This document shows, piece after piece, positions 1 to 9,828 of a stretch of 64,000 bases of DNA. The translations under genes and the position numbers were made by a program. The stretch lies in contig CAVSGI010000010.1 in the NCBI GenBank assembly GCA_963727445.1, positions 1,512,621 to 1,576,620 on the forward strand, read 5' to 3'. How positions within the stretch are numbered: the first letter of the stretch is position 1; each line of letters opens with the position of its first letter. The notes under the pieces are model-generated. The model was not told where the DNA came from. It saw only the letters and a program-made list of their open reading frames with translations, and searched no databases. The DNA comes from an uncultured delta proteobacterium (lineage in GTDB: Bacteria; Myxococcota_A; Polyangia; Polyangiales; B10-G4).

Positions 1-81
1 CTCCGCCATGCCTCCCTGGGCCAACTTGCCGACCACCTCGTAGCGGCCGATCCTGCTGGGTGCTCCTGCAGGTGCGTTCAT
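1..81 (-). CDS. Ser/Thr protein kinase, N-terminal fragment (runs off the window)
   Basis: Manual translation MNAPAGAPSRIGRYEVVGKLAQGGMAE is the subdomain I glycine loop of Hanks kinases; not in the ORF track. Confidence 0.8.
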   Translation of the reverse strand, partial: MNAPAGAPSRIGRYEVVGKLAQGGMAE

Positions 82-108
82 CGCCGTGCCCGCGGTATGA
101 TAACAGAG

Positions 109-858
109 ATGACGCGCACCGGGTTCGTGATGGCCACCCTCCTCTTTGGCGTCGTCGTGGTGGTTCCTGCACATCCTGTGGAGGCGCAAGGTGAACGTGG
201 CGCCGAGGAGCGGGCGCTCGAGCTGACGCGCGAAGCGCAGGCTCGCTACGACGAAGGGGATCTGGAGGCGGCGATCGCGCTCTTGTTGGAGGCGCGCGAG
301 CTCTATCCGGAGCCGCTGATCTCCTACAATCTCGCTCGCGCATACGAGGCCGCCGGCAACGAGCGCGCCGCCCTCCAAGCCTACGAGCGGTACGTCGAAG
401 AGCAGCCGGACGCGCCCGATCGCCCGGCGATGGAGGCGCACATCGAGCGACTTCGTGCACAAATGGCGGAGCGAGACAGACTCGCACGCGAGCGTGAACA
501 GGAGCGCCGGCGTCGGGAGGCCGCGGAGCGACGAGCGCGAGAACGCGGCGTGAACCCGTGGCCCTGGGTGCTGGTCGCGACCGGGGGAGCCGCACTGGGT
601 GCGGGGCTGGTCCTCGGCGTGGTCGCGCAGTCTCAGCGGGACGCAGCCGCCGAGGACCCCGTTCACGTGACGACCGTCTCCAGCTTCGAGGAAGCACGAG
701 CCTTCGCGACCGCTGCCAACGTGCTCTTCGTCGTCGGGGGAGTGCTGGCCCTGGGCGGAGCAATCTGGCTCGTGGTGAACCTCGTCAGCGGGGACGACGA
801 GGAGCGTATCGAGGTCGGGCTCTCGCCCGGCGGTGTCGCGGTGCGGGGCCGATGGTAG
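109..858 (+). CDS. TPR-containing exported protein with C-terminal TM helices
   Basis: Signal peptide, TPR (YNLARAYE), coiled coil, two TM segments; TATGAT box 7 nt before ATG 109. Confidence 0.8.
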   Translation: MTRTGFVMATLLFGVVVVVPAHPVEAQGERGAEERALELTREAQARYDEGDLEAAIALLLEARELYPEPLISYNLARAYEAAGNERAALQAYERYVEEQPDAPDRPAMEAHIERLRAQMAERDRLAREREQERRRREAAERRARERGVNPWPWVLVATGGAALGAGLVLGVVAQSQRDAAAEDPVHVTTVSSFEEARAFATAANVLFVVGGVLALGGAIWLVVNLVSGDDEERIEVGLSPGGVAVRGRW

Positions 859-922
859 CGACGAAATCTACGTGAGAGGAATCAGCCACCGCATGGTTGA
901 GCTGCGCTGAGCACCACCCGAC

Positions 923-2686
923 TCATGGCAGGTCGAGGGCCCATGCCGGGACGACCGCACCCCGACCGGCGCACGCGCCCCCCTCGGCGCTGCTGTAGTC
1001 GCCGCGCGTTGGATCGACGAAGACCTCGGCGGTGTTGCCGACGATGTCGCTGTTCAGCTCGTGGCCCAGCCGAGCGCGGGCTTCGTCGAGCGTGAGGTGG
1101 TCGAGGCCCGTGTCGTGGCGCCGGCCGTAGGCGATGAAGTCGGTGACGTCGGTGACGTAGCAGTTGTCGTCGAAGTCGTTGTCCGTGGCGATCTGCGAAT
1201 CGGCGATGTCGGCGGCCTGGGGCACCTCACGGACGTACTCGGCCTGGTAGATCAGACCCATGTGGTTGTAGTCGCGTTCGGCGATGGCCGTGGTGAGGCC
1301 CGAGAAGACGTTGCCGCGGATGGTGTGCCCCGTGGCCCACACCCGAAACTCCAGGAACTGGTCGACGCCGATCAGCGTGTTGTTCCGGGCGGTGAAGTGG
1401 TGGCCCATGCGTTCGAAGACCTCGCCCTGGTCGAAGGGGCCGCCCGAGCCACCGAGGCGAATGCGACCGCCACCCACGACGAGATTGCCGTCGAAGGTGA
1501 TGTTCGACGGAGACCATTGCCCGAGGCTGCCGAAGTCGTGGATGACGTTTCCGGAAATGTCGAACGGACCCTCTGCCGGGTTCTTGAAGAAGAACGCCTG
1601 AGGCACGTGGTAGATGTGGTTGTTCCGGATCGTGAGCTCGCCGTTGCCGCCACAGTCTTCGATGTAGGTCTCGCAGGAGAGGGTGGTGATGGCCCCGAAG
1701 TGCTGCCCGTCCGTCGTGGTGCGCCAGTCGTGAGTGACGCCGTCGTCGATCGGGATCAGGTCGTGGAGGATGTTCGACTCGACGGTGATCGCATAGGGCC
1801 CGCCTCCGTCTCCTCGATTCACCCTGACGAGGCCGGGATTGCCGCCACCACTGGTGGCGTACTCGTAGACCTCGTTGCCACGAACGACGATGTCGTGCGT
1901 CTGGTTTCGCGGATCCGAAGCGTTGCCCGTTCCGCCGCCGATGTTGATGGCGCCCTGGTGGACGGTGATGTTCTCGATGTTCCAGTACGCCGTCTCCTGA
2001 GACAGGCTCCCCACACGGATGTTGCCAGCGCCGGACGCGCATGCGCGTTCGCCGGGAAAGGAGCGCACGGTGATCGGTTCGCTGGGCGTTCCGGACGCGA
2101 CGTCGTACGTGGTGCCACCAGCCCATGCGGGGAGACTGACGCGACCGATCGAGAGCAGGCCCCGAACCGTACCCGCACTGGAATCTCCCCAGCTCACCAC
2201 CTTGCTGTCGTGCGCGTTCGCGTCATCGTAGACGCCTCCCCTCAAGTAGATGACGTCACCGGGGCCCGCCTGGCGCACCGCTTCCTGCGGCGTCCTCAAA
2301 GGAGCCTCGAAGCTCGCGTCGTTGGCGTCGTCGCCCTCGGGTGAGACGTACCAGCACCGCCCCCCGCCCACGGCTTCGCACAGGGCCACGGCCGCTTCAT
2401 CCCGCTGGGCCGGCCGCTCGGCATCCTCGCAGCCCACGATCGGCGCCCCGCTCCCCTCTCCTCCGGGAGCGCCTTCGGGGACCGGGACCATCGTGCTCCC
2501 GTCCATCGCGCCATCGGTCGGCACTTCTGCATCGGGCGCCGGCGCGCCGCTGTCGTCGACGTCCCCTCCGCCGTCCGGGGCTGACGTTCCCGAATCGGGC
2601 GATCCTGCGGTGTCGTCACAGCCGACGAGGGTCAGCCCAAGCGACAGTCCGACGATGGAAAGGAGGGGGTTTGCCTGGATCCGCAT
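923..2686 (-). CDS. Lipoprotein with right-handed parallel beta-helix (pectin lyase-like/DUF1565-like)
   Basis: Lipobox LVGC, WYVSPEGDD...PGDVIYLRGGVY motif, repeated N-x-I/V beta rungs; paralog of 5918-7684. Confidence 0.8.
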   Translation of the reverse strand: MRIQANPLLSIVGLSLGLTLVGCDDTAGSPDSGTSAPDGGGDVDDSGAPAPDAEVPTDGAMDGSTMVPVPEGAPGGEGSGAPIVGCEDAERPAQRDEAAVALCEAVGGGRCWYVSPEGDDANDASFEAPLRTPQEAVRQAGPGDVIYLRGGVYDDANAHDSKVVSWGDSSAGTVRGLLSIGRVSLPAWAGGTTYDVASGTPSEPITVRSFPGERACASGAGNIRVGSLSQETAYWNIENITVHQGAINIGGGTGNASDPRNQTHDIVVRGNEVYEYATSGGGNPGLVRVNRGDGGGPYAITVESNILHDLIPIDDGVTHDWRTTTDGQHFGAITTLSCETYIEDCGGNGELTIRNNHIYHVPQAFFFKNPAEGPFDISGNVIHDFGSLGQWSPSNITFDGNLVVGGGRIRLGGSGGPFDQGEVFERMGHHFTARNNTLIGVDQFLEFRVWATGHTIRGNVFSGLTTAIAERDYNHMGLIYQAEYVREVPQAADIADSQIATDNDFDDNCYVTDVTDFIAYGRRHDTGLDHLTLDEARARLGHELNSDIVGNTAEVFVDPTRGDYSSAEGGACAGRGAVVPAWALDLP

Positions 2687-2748
2687 GGTGATCACTATGC
2701 GGATCTCGGGCCCGCACCACCACGCCGACGGTCTTAACCGGGCTTAGC

Positions 2749-3859
2749 TCACCAACGAATCGCCGCTCCGTCGAAGCGTACGGTGGCACCGTCGTGCCAA
2801 CCGGTACCTACGCGAAAGGATCGGATGCCGCGGTTGACCACGTCTTTCGACAGGACGCCGGTTTCACCGGAGAGAACTCGAAGCGGCACCTGGTAGCGGC
2901 GATACCCGACGTTCGCCGCGAGGGTCAGGGCCCCCACGAGGAAGAAATCCTGGCCCGAAGAGGCTGGGGTCGAAATGCCCAGCTGGGCCCAATAGCCGTG
3001 TGCGTCGCTCTCGATCGCGACGTAGAGCTCGAGGAAAGCGAGCTGAAACTGTCCTTCATCGAGGGTCAGTGGGTAGTCGAGTGCTTCGATGCGGAGGTTC
3101 TCCCAGCACGAGGGATACGGCGGGTCCACTGGATCACAGACGGGTCTGCCGTACTCCTCGCCCGACGGGTAGACATCCCGCGCGCAGTGGGCCGTCCATT
3201 CCCAGTAGTGGTCCCCGTCCTGGGCCGAGGCGCTCCCCGTTGCGAAATCGATGCACGTGGGATTCGGAGCTGCGGAATCCCGCGGACTCGTCAGCCATCG
3301 GAAAACCGAGGTCCGCTGGTGGGTTCAGGAGCACGCCGATGACGTCACTGCACGTGACGCGACTGGAGCTGTCCTCGGCGACGAGCCTGACGTGGTACTG
3401 CTCGGCGGGCGTCAGCTCGAAGAGAGTCGTCGCCACGACCGGGTCCGCGCCCGCGGCGCCCACCAGAAAACTCCGCGCCAGCTCGGGATTGTCGTCGCTG
3501 GTGACCGTTCGAAACAGCTCGCCCGCCAGGAGCTGCTCCTCGGAGGCGGCGATGTCCACCTCGTACGCGAAGAGCTCATCGAGGTTGTCCGCCTCCCAAG
3601 CGATGCGCGCTTGGCTTGCGGTGACCCACTCGACGTGGAGATTCGTGATGGTAATCGCTCCGGGCTCGGCCTCCGGTCGTCCACAGACCCCGGCCGCACC
3701 ACGCACGCAGACGTTTGCGCTCCTGTCGCACTGCCACCCAGCCGCGCAGGGACACTCGAGGCCGGTGGTGGGCACGGGCTCGAGCACGCAGCCCCCGACG
3801 ACCATCGCGAGGAGTGTCGAGAAGGCGCCGAGGACCTGGGGCAACGGCTTCTTCACCAC
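2749..3859 (-). pseudogene. Lipoprotein with Cys-rich and FN3-like regions, split by one frameshift near 3280
   Basis: GTG 3859 (TATACT 6 nt upstream), lipobox VGGC; protein-like reading continues in another frame (DSAAPNPTCIDF...YWEWTAHC...) into ORF 2749-3129. Confidence 0.65.
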
Positions 3860-3881
3860 GAGCGAAGTATAGCTGAAACCG

Positions 3882-5711
3882 TCACCGCCGCGGGCAGGCC
3901 CACTCGCCGAGGGGATACGCGCCGATGTCGACGGACGCGACGCCGAAGAACTCACCGACGCCAGCGCCGACGGCCGGGCTCGTGGCCGACAGGTGCAGGT
4001 CCGCCGGGGCGCCGACGAAGTCTGGGTCTGCCGAGATGCTGCTGCTCTCCTCGTCGAACTCGCTCCGAAACTCTGGCAGGGTGTAGGGCGTGCCCGAGTA
4101 CTCGCCGCCGGTCCAGTTCGGACGCAGATGGATGTCTGCCTGGGTGTTGTCGAAGAAGAGGTTGTTGAAGGAGCTGTAGTGCCCCACGTAGTCGTCGACC
4201 GTGGTGGTCGTTCCGCCGCTGTGGAGGTAGAACCCCGCGTCCAGGCCGGCGAAGATGTTGTTGAAGAAGCGATGGCCGGTAGGCCCATCGAAGCCCAGGC
4301 GGATGCCGACGCCGCCGCCGTAGAAGTCGTTGTTGAAGACCCAATTGTCGTCGCTGTCCTCGGCACTGCCCGGCAGGCGGACGCCGACCCGAGCGTTGAC
4401 CACGACGTTGCCGTAGATCCGCCAGTGGCCCCCTGGTCGATACTCGGCGTCCGTCGGCTGACAGCCGTCGGTGTTCGTCGCGGACCACACGCAGCGGTAG
4501 CCACCTGGCTCGAAAGCCGTGTTCACGTCGTGGATGTAGTTGTAGCGGGCGATCAGGTTGGAGACGCCGCTCTTGACGCCTATCGCGGCCTGGCCCGGGA
4601 TGTCGAAGACCTCGTTGTACTCCACGACGTGGGGGTTGTCCGGGTCGGAGACCATGAACGTGATCCCCTTGCTGTTCGAGACGCCACCCCAGTAGACGGA
4701 GTCGAACACGACGTTGTAGCGGACCAGCGCCCCTCCCGAGCTCCAGATCCGCATGCCGTAGGAGTTGTCGTTGCCGTTCGAGGTGTGACCGAAGACGTTG
4801 CCCTCCACGACGATGTCGTCGGCACCTTCGAAGAAGATGGGCTGCGGCTGCGCGTAGTAGATCTCCAGGCCACGCACGACGAGGTGGTCCGACCAGAACC
4901 GGCCGAGACCCCGCTGGCTCAGCTCGTACACCTCGTCGTTGGGGTCCTCACCCGCCGGTGGATAGAAGTAGATGAAGCAGCCTTCGTTGTCGCCGAAGCA
5001 CTGATTGCCGTCGGCGTCCGCCTTCGTCCAGTGGTCGGGGTCGACCAGGTTCGAGACGTTGTCGTGGTCCCGGCCGCCGTCGAGGTCCGACTGGTGGGTG
5101 ACCCGCCGGTCCCCATGGAACATTGCCTTCGGATCGTTTTCGAGGAACCCGGCCGGCGTGCGCCAGATGTTCGCATCGTACGACTCCCAGCTTCGTCCCT
5201 CCGTGCTCAGCGATCCGTAGATCCGCACGCGCTCGCCCGGGTATCCGCGAATGGTCACGTAGGCGGTCTCGGTCCCGTCATCGATGCCGACGTCGTAGGA
5301 GGGCTCCTCCATCACGCGGTAGAGGCCTTCGCGAATGGTGAGCGTATCGCCCGGGGTGAGGGCGGACAGGCCTTTTCGGATGCTGCGGAATGGCGACTGC
5401 ATCGTGCCCGGGTCGTCGTCGTCACCGGTGGTGGCCACGAAGTACTCGGTGCCCACGGTGGACAGCGGCGTCGTCTCGCACGAAACCGGGTCGATGCAGG
5501 CGCCACAGTCGAGGACGCACGTAGTGCAGTCTTCGCCGCCACTACACACGTCGTCGCCGCACATCGGCGCGCCCCCGGCATCTGCTCGGCCCGCCGCGTC
5601 GGGAGGGTCGCTCGCGTCCGGGAGCGGGCTCGCATCGCCTGCGCTCATGTCATTCGAGGTGGCGCAACCGAGGAGGCACACCATCAACGAGCAGTAGCAA
5701 AATCGACCCAC
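3882..5711 (-). CDS. Lipoprotein with right-handed beta-helix (DUF1565-like) and Cys-rich repeat
   Basis: Lipobox LLGC, CGDDVC...C repeat, YFVATTGDD...PFRSI...PGDTLTIREGLY, C-terminal ADPDFV...DLHL...DIGAY. Confidence 0.8.
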   Translation of the reverse strand: MGRFCYCSLMVCLLGCATSNDMSAGDASPLPDASDPPDAAGRADAGGAPMCGDDVCSGGEDCTTCVLDCGACIDPVSCETTPLSTVGTEYFVATTGDDDDPGTMQSPFRSIRKGLSALTPGDTLTIREGLYRVMEEPSYDVGIDDGTETAYVTIRGYPGERVRIYGSLSTEGRSWESYDANIWRTPAGFLENDPKAMFHGDRRVTHQSDLDGGRDHDNVSNLVDPDHWTKADADGNQCFGDNEGCFIYFYPPAGEDPNDEVYELSQRGLGRFWSDHLVVRGLEIYYAQPQPIFFEGADDIVVEGNVFGHTSNGNDNSYGMRIWSSGGALVRYNVVFDSVYWGGVSNSKGITFMVSDPDNPHVVEYNEVFDIPGQAAIGVKSGVSNLIARYNYIHDVNTAFEPGGYRCVWSATNTDGCQPTDAEYRPGGHWRIYGNVVVNARVGVRLPGSAEDSDDNWVFNNDFYGGGVGIRLGFDGPTGHRFFNNIFAGLDAGFYLHSGGTTTTVDDYVGHYSSFNNLFFDNTQADIHLRPNWTGGEYSGTPYTLPEFRSEFDEESSSISADPDFVGAPADLHLSATSPAVGAGVGEFFGVASVDIGAYPLGEWACPRR

Positions 5712-5917
5712 AGAGACCTCCTGACGTGCTGAGCGGAGGGCAATTTCGGTGTTCGCCAGCGTCTGCCTCCGCTCCCTTCACAAAGCGTGATCGCGGTCGC
5801 CGCGTCCAGGCATCGCTTCTGAGCTGCTCTGAGCTGGCCTCGGATCGTCCGCGCATCTAAGTGCGGTTAAGCGAGGCGCGGTGGCTCGCCCCAGCCTCCA
5901 TCGCCCAGGATGGAGAC

Positions 5918-7684
5918 ATGGTCGAACGAGGGCTTTGTTGCGCACTGGTCGCCTTGTGCGCGTGTACCGGGGGGGTGGTGGGCTCGACGAGCCCCGAGGA
6001 CGGAAGCGCGCCGGTACCGGCGGACGGCGGGGTCGACGCCACGAGCAGCGGCCCCGACGCCGCTCCGGATGGGGCGGCACGGGACGCGGAGATCCCACGA
6101 GATCCGGGGCCATCAGACGCCCCAGGCGGACCGATCGTCGACGCTCCCATCGTCGGCTGCGAGGACGCCGACCGTCCCGCACGCCGGCTCGCGAGCCCAG
6201 ACGAGGTTTGTGAAGCGGTGGATGGCGCGCGCTGCTGGTACGTGAGCCCCGAGGGCAGCGACGATGCTCCCGGTACCTTCGAGCAGCCGTTGGGCAAAGC
6301 GCAGGAAGCCGCCAAGCGCGTCGGGCCTGGCGACATCATCTATCTGCGCGGAGGGGTCTACGACGAGGACAACGCCTTCGTGTCCAGAGTGAACCAATGG
6401 AGCAACCCCGACGCGGGGGTGCAGCACGCCTTCTTCCGCGCGGGGTCGATCTCCTTGCCCGACTGGGCCGGCGGCGACAACTACGACGTGGCATCCGGAA
6501 CCGAGGAAGCGCCCATCGTCCTTCGCTCCTTCCCCGGCGAGCGGGCCTGTGTCTCAGGCGCAGGCGGAATCGGGTTCGGCAGCTTGAGGACCGAGATCGC
6601 CTATTGGAGCGTCGAGAACGTCACGCTCCACGGGGCCGCCATCGGCATCGGGGGCGGCCGTGGCACGGCGGACGCCCCTGAAAACCAGACGCACGAAATC
6701 ACCGTGGCCGGCAACGAGGTCTTCGGGGTTCAGGAGAGCTCCGGTCACAACACGGGGCTCGTCAAGGTCGACCGGGGAGACGGCGGCGGTCCCTACGACA
6801 TCACGATCGAGAGCAACATCCTTCATGAGCTCTATTGCCGAGACAGCGATGGGGTGGTGCGTGGATGGGACACGATGCACGACGCACAACACTACGCGGC
6901 GATCACGACGCTGAGCTGCGAGACCTACTTCGGCGTCGAATGTGGCGGCAACGGTGCGCTCACCGCTCGCAACAACCACATCTATCACGTCCCCCAGGCC
7001 TTCTTCCTCAAGAACCCGGCGGTGGGCCCGTTCCATCTCTACGACAACGTCATCCACGACATCGGGAGCATGGGGAAGTGGTCGCCTTCGAACATCACCT
7101 TCGAAAACAACCTCGTCTATGGAGGGATCGGTCGAATCGACCTCGGTGGCTCCGGTGGCAGTGCCGAGACCACGGGCGTCTACGAGCGCATGGGCCGCAA
7201 TCTGACCGTGCGAAACAATACGTTCATCGGCATGAACACCCTGGTCCACTTTCGGATCTACGCGTCCGGCCACACGGTCGAGGGCAACATCATCCAAGGT
7301 CTGTTCTCCATGGACCAGGCCGACTGGGACCACATGGGGTACATCTTCCAGTCGCAGGGATGGGTCAACCCGGACATGGAGCCCAACATCGAGCTGTCGC
7401 AGCTGGCGCGCGAAAACACCTTCGATGACAACTGCTTCATCACACCGAACCACGACTTTCTCGCCTACGGCCGTCGCTTCGATCCGGGCACCGGAACGGA
7501 GCTCACGCACCTGAGCCTCGAGGACGCCCGTACGCGCCTGTCCTACGAGCTGACCAGCGACGTCGTCGATTCGTTGGAGGAGGCGCTGGTCGAACCGACG
7601 ACGGGGGACTACCGCGTACGTGTTGACGGCCCGTGCGCTGGTCGCGGAGCCACGCCGCCCGACTGGGCCAGGTCGATCCCATGA
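5918..7684 (+). CDS. Lipoprotein with right-handed beta-helix, paralog of 923-2686
   Basis: GGAG RBS before ATG 5918; shares long blocks with the paralog, e.g. APIVGCEDA, AITTLSCETY, NNHIYHVPQAFF. Confidence 0.8.
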   Translation: MVERGLCCALVALCACTGGVVGSTSPEDGSAPVPADGGVDATSSGPDAAPDGAARDAEIPRDPGPSDAPGGPIVDAPIVGCEDADRPARRLASPDEVCEAVDGARCWYVSPEGSDDAPGTFEQPLGKAQEAAKRVGPGDIIYLRGGVYDEDNAFVSRVNQWSNPDAGVQHAFFRAGSISLPDWAGGDNYDVASGTEEAPIVLRSFPGERACVSGAGGIGFGSLRTEIAYWSVENVTLHGAAIGIGGGRGTADAPENQTHEITVAGNEVFGVQESSGHNTGLVKVDRGDGGGPYDITIESNILHELYCRDSDGVVRGWDTMHDAQHYAAITTLSCETYFGVECGGNGALTARNNHIYHVPQAFFLKNPAVGPFHLYDNVIHDIGSMGKWSPSNITFENNLVYGGIGRIDLGGSGGSAETTGVYERMGRNLTVRNNTFIGMNTLVHFRIYASGHTVEGNIIQGLFSMDQADWDHMGYIFQSQGWVNPDMEPNIELSQLARENTFDDNCFITPNHDFLAYGRRFDPGTGTELTHLSLEDARTRLSYELTSDVVDSLEEALVEPTTGDYRVRVDGPCAGRGATPPDWARSIP

Positions 7685-7854
7685 CCGTGTCACCCGATTC
7701 ACCCCGTCCCGAGTGGCTCATGTGCGAAGACTTCGAGGGCGCCGACTGCATCGAAATGATGATGAAGATCAACACGCCCGGCGCGAGCGACGGGGAGATG
7801 GCCTTCTGGATCGATGACGAGCTCGCGCACTCGGAGTCAGCCTCCTGCCGGTGA
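7681..7854 (+). pseudogene. Internally deleted remnant of a jelly-roll/polysaccharide-lyase-like protein
   Basis: ATGA-coupled to the upstream gene; WLMCEDFE is joined almost directly to CIEMMMKINTPGASDGEMAFWIDD, motifs I recall lying far apart in intact homologs. Confidence 0.45.
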
Positions 7855-7995
7855 ACCAGGTGGTCCACCTGGTCCGGTGGTCCACCCTGCGCTCCGCCCC
7901 GAGCTTCCGGAAAAGCGTTCGATTCCCGCACCTGAGCTCGTCGGCACGCGCCGTGCTGAATCTCATCGAGCGCGACGACGCGCGGGAGGAAATCG

Positions 7996-9762
7996 ATGGA
8001 AAGAAGCGTGGGGAAAGTGTGGATCTTGGGGGTGCTGCTCGCCGTGGCGGGAGTGGGCTGCATCGAAGTCACACCGTGGCCGGGGGCAGAGGGCCCGGGC
8101 TCGGATTCGGGATCGACGATGACCGATCCCGACGCGGGCACGATGGAGCCAGAGCCCGACGCGTCCTCGGAAGTGGGCGCGGTGGGCATGTTCCTCCAGA
8201 TCGGCGACGAGACGCCCTCGCAGCTCTATGAGCTCACGGTCGACGCGGACACCTACGCGGAGATCGTCGACGCCGTGGGGCACGTGCCTGACGGCTTGAT
8301 CGAAGGCGAGCCTTCGCGCGAGCCGGGGACCCGGAGCGTCACGCCGGTCGTCTCGTCGGTCGCCGACAGTCGGATCTTCGAAGGGATCAGCCGGAGCGAA
8401 CGCGGGGCGTCGACCGATGATCTGGGCAGGATGCGGATCCTCTTCGGTGGCGGCGTCGCCCAACCGATCGGGCTCCTTCTGCCTGCAGTACAGAAGGTTC
8501 GCGCGGCCGCCGCCCGCAGCCACACCACGCTGGACCAGGTCGACTTCGAGCTCACCTTCGAGCTGCCACTCTCGGACACCGAAGTGTCGACAATCACGTA
8601 CACGGGGCTCGAGAACCAGCCCCCGCCGAGCCCGCCCCCCTTCGTCGACGTGAGCGGCGACAGCTGGGCTGCCTCACCCGAGATGAGCGACGAGCTGCGG
8701 GCGCGGCAGCTGATCGACGTGGAGACCGATTTCCGGGTCGATGGAGATCTCCGCTTCAGCCGTGCCTCGGATGGCTCCCTGCTCCTGCAGCCCTGGACCA
8801 TGGACGAGCCAGACTCGGCCGACTACACGATCTGGCGGGAGACCGGCGGCCAGCGCTCACTCGTGCTGGACATCCAGGACCGGATCGGTGGCCGTGTGCT
8901 TCACCGTTTCCGCATCCCGCGCGCCGACCTTCCGACGGACATCGACTCCGGGATGATGTCTGCGTCGATGTCCGGCTACCTGAAGATCGGGGACATCAAG
9001 GGCGAGTCCACGGACGCACGTCACGAGATCGAGCTCTTCGACACGCACTTCGTGCGGCCCCCCACGAGCACCGAGTTCGATCTGGCGCGCCGGCAGCTCG
9101 GGCTGTTGTCCACCCGCAGCACCGCGACTCTTGTCGACAGCTGGACCACCAACCGCGACGCGACCATCCGGGCACTTCGCGCGGCGAGCGTGCAGGCCAA
9201 CGATCAGGAAGGGCTCCTCTGCGTGACGATGATGCCCCTCCTCGGAGAGATGATGCTGGCGCTTCAGGCCGGTCTCGACGACGGTTCGATCCCGGAGACG
9301 CGCGAGCTTCGACGGATCCTCGCGGATTACTACGAAGCCTACGAGCTCCTCGGTGAGCCGGAGCATCACGCGTTCATCGGCGGCGACCTCGCGTCCGCGG
9401 CGTACGACCGTCCCCTCGACGCCGCGGACGCGGAGGTGGCTTGCGGCGCCATCCCGCGCATCATGGGCGTCTGGGACGACACGGACATCGTCCACATCCT
9501 CGTCGACTCGGACGCGCAGGCACTCGGTGATGACGGCAGGGACCTGCTCATCGGTGGCAGCGGTCGCTACTTCGACGACCTGGTCGTGGAGCTCATCGAG
9601 CGGTTGGACCGGCTCGCCGCCGATCCCACGAGCGAGCCGGTGGCCACACCGATCGACGCTCTGCTCATCATCAATCGGGTCGGCGAGACGCTCGACCAGC
9701 ACCAGTCACTGGCCGTCAGCCGTTACAGGATGTCGGACGTGCTCGTCAGCAGCTACCGCTGA
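7996..9762 (+). CDS. Hypothetical lipoprotein carrying many short motifs of unrelated families (see findings)
   Basis: GGAGG RBS, lipobox GVGC, 588-aa intact ORF. Confidence 0.8.
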   Translation: MERSVGKVWILGVLLAVAGVGCIEVTPWPGAEGPGSDSGSTMTDPDAGTMEPEPDASSEVGAVGMFLQIGDETPSQLYELTVDADTYAEIVDAVGHVPDGLIEGEPSREPGTRSVTPVVSSVADSRIFEGISRSERGASTDDLGRMRILFGGGVAQPIGLLLPAVQKVRAAAARSHTTLDQVDFELTFELPLSDTEVSTITYTGLENQPPPSPPPFVDVSGDSWAASPEMSDELRARQLIDVETDFRVDGDLRFSRASDGSLLLQPWTMDEPDSADYTIWRETGGQRSLVLDIQDRIGGRVLHRFRIPRADLPTDIDSGMMSASMSGYLKIGDIKGESTDARHEIELFDTHFVRPPTSTEFDLARRQLGLLSTRSTATLVDSWTTNRDATIRALRAASVQANDQEGLLCVTMMPLLGEMMLALQAGLDDGSIPETRELRRILADYYEAYELLGEPEHHAFIGGDLASAAYDRPLDAADAEVACGAIPRIMGVWDDTDIVHILVDSDAQALGDDGRDLLIGGSGRYFDDLVVELIERLDRLAADPTSEPVATPIDALLIINRVGETLDQHQSLAVSRYRMSDVLVSSYR

Positions 9763-9828
9763 AGTCCGAGCGATCGGAGCCCTCGAGGCGCCCACCGGAC
9801 CCAGCCTCGTCTGACGGCGAAGCAGGTC

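Noticed and set aside
1061..5732. Long antisense ORFs (1061-2344, 3993-5732; also 19574-21283, 22562-24331, 24861-27173, 28009-29523, 35956-37641)
   Set aside because: High-GC shadow frames of well-supported genes; no recognisable motifs
7855..7873. Terminator hairpin ACCAGGTGG-T-CCACCTGGT
   Set aside because: Short palindrome with no U-tract; could occur by chance
8974..9756. Hcp gene / T6SS cluster
   Set aside because: Only two short Hcp-like peptides about 240 aa apart; no Hcp domain or tss genes
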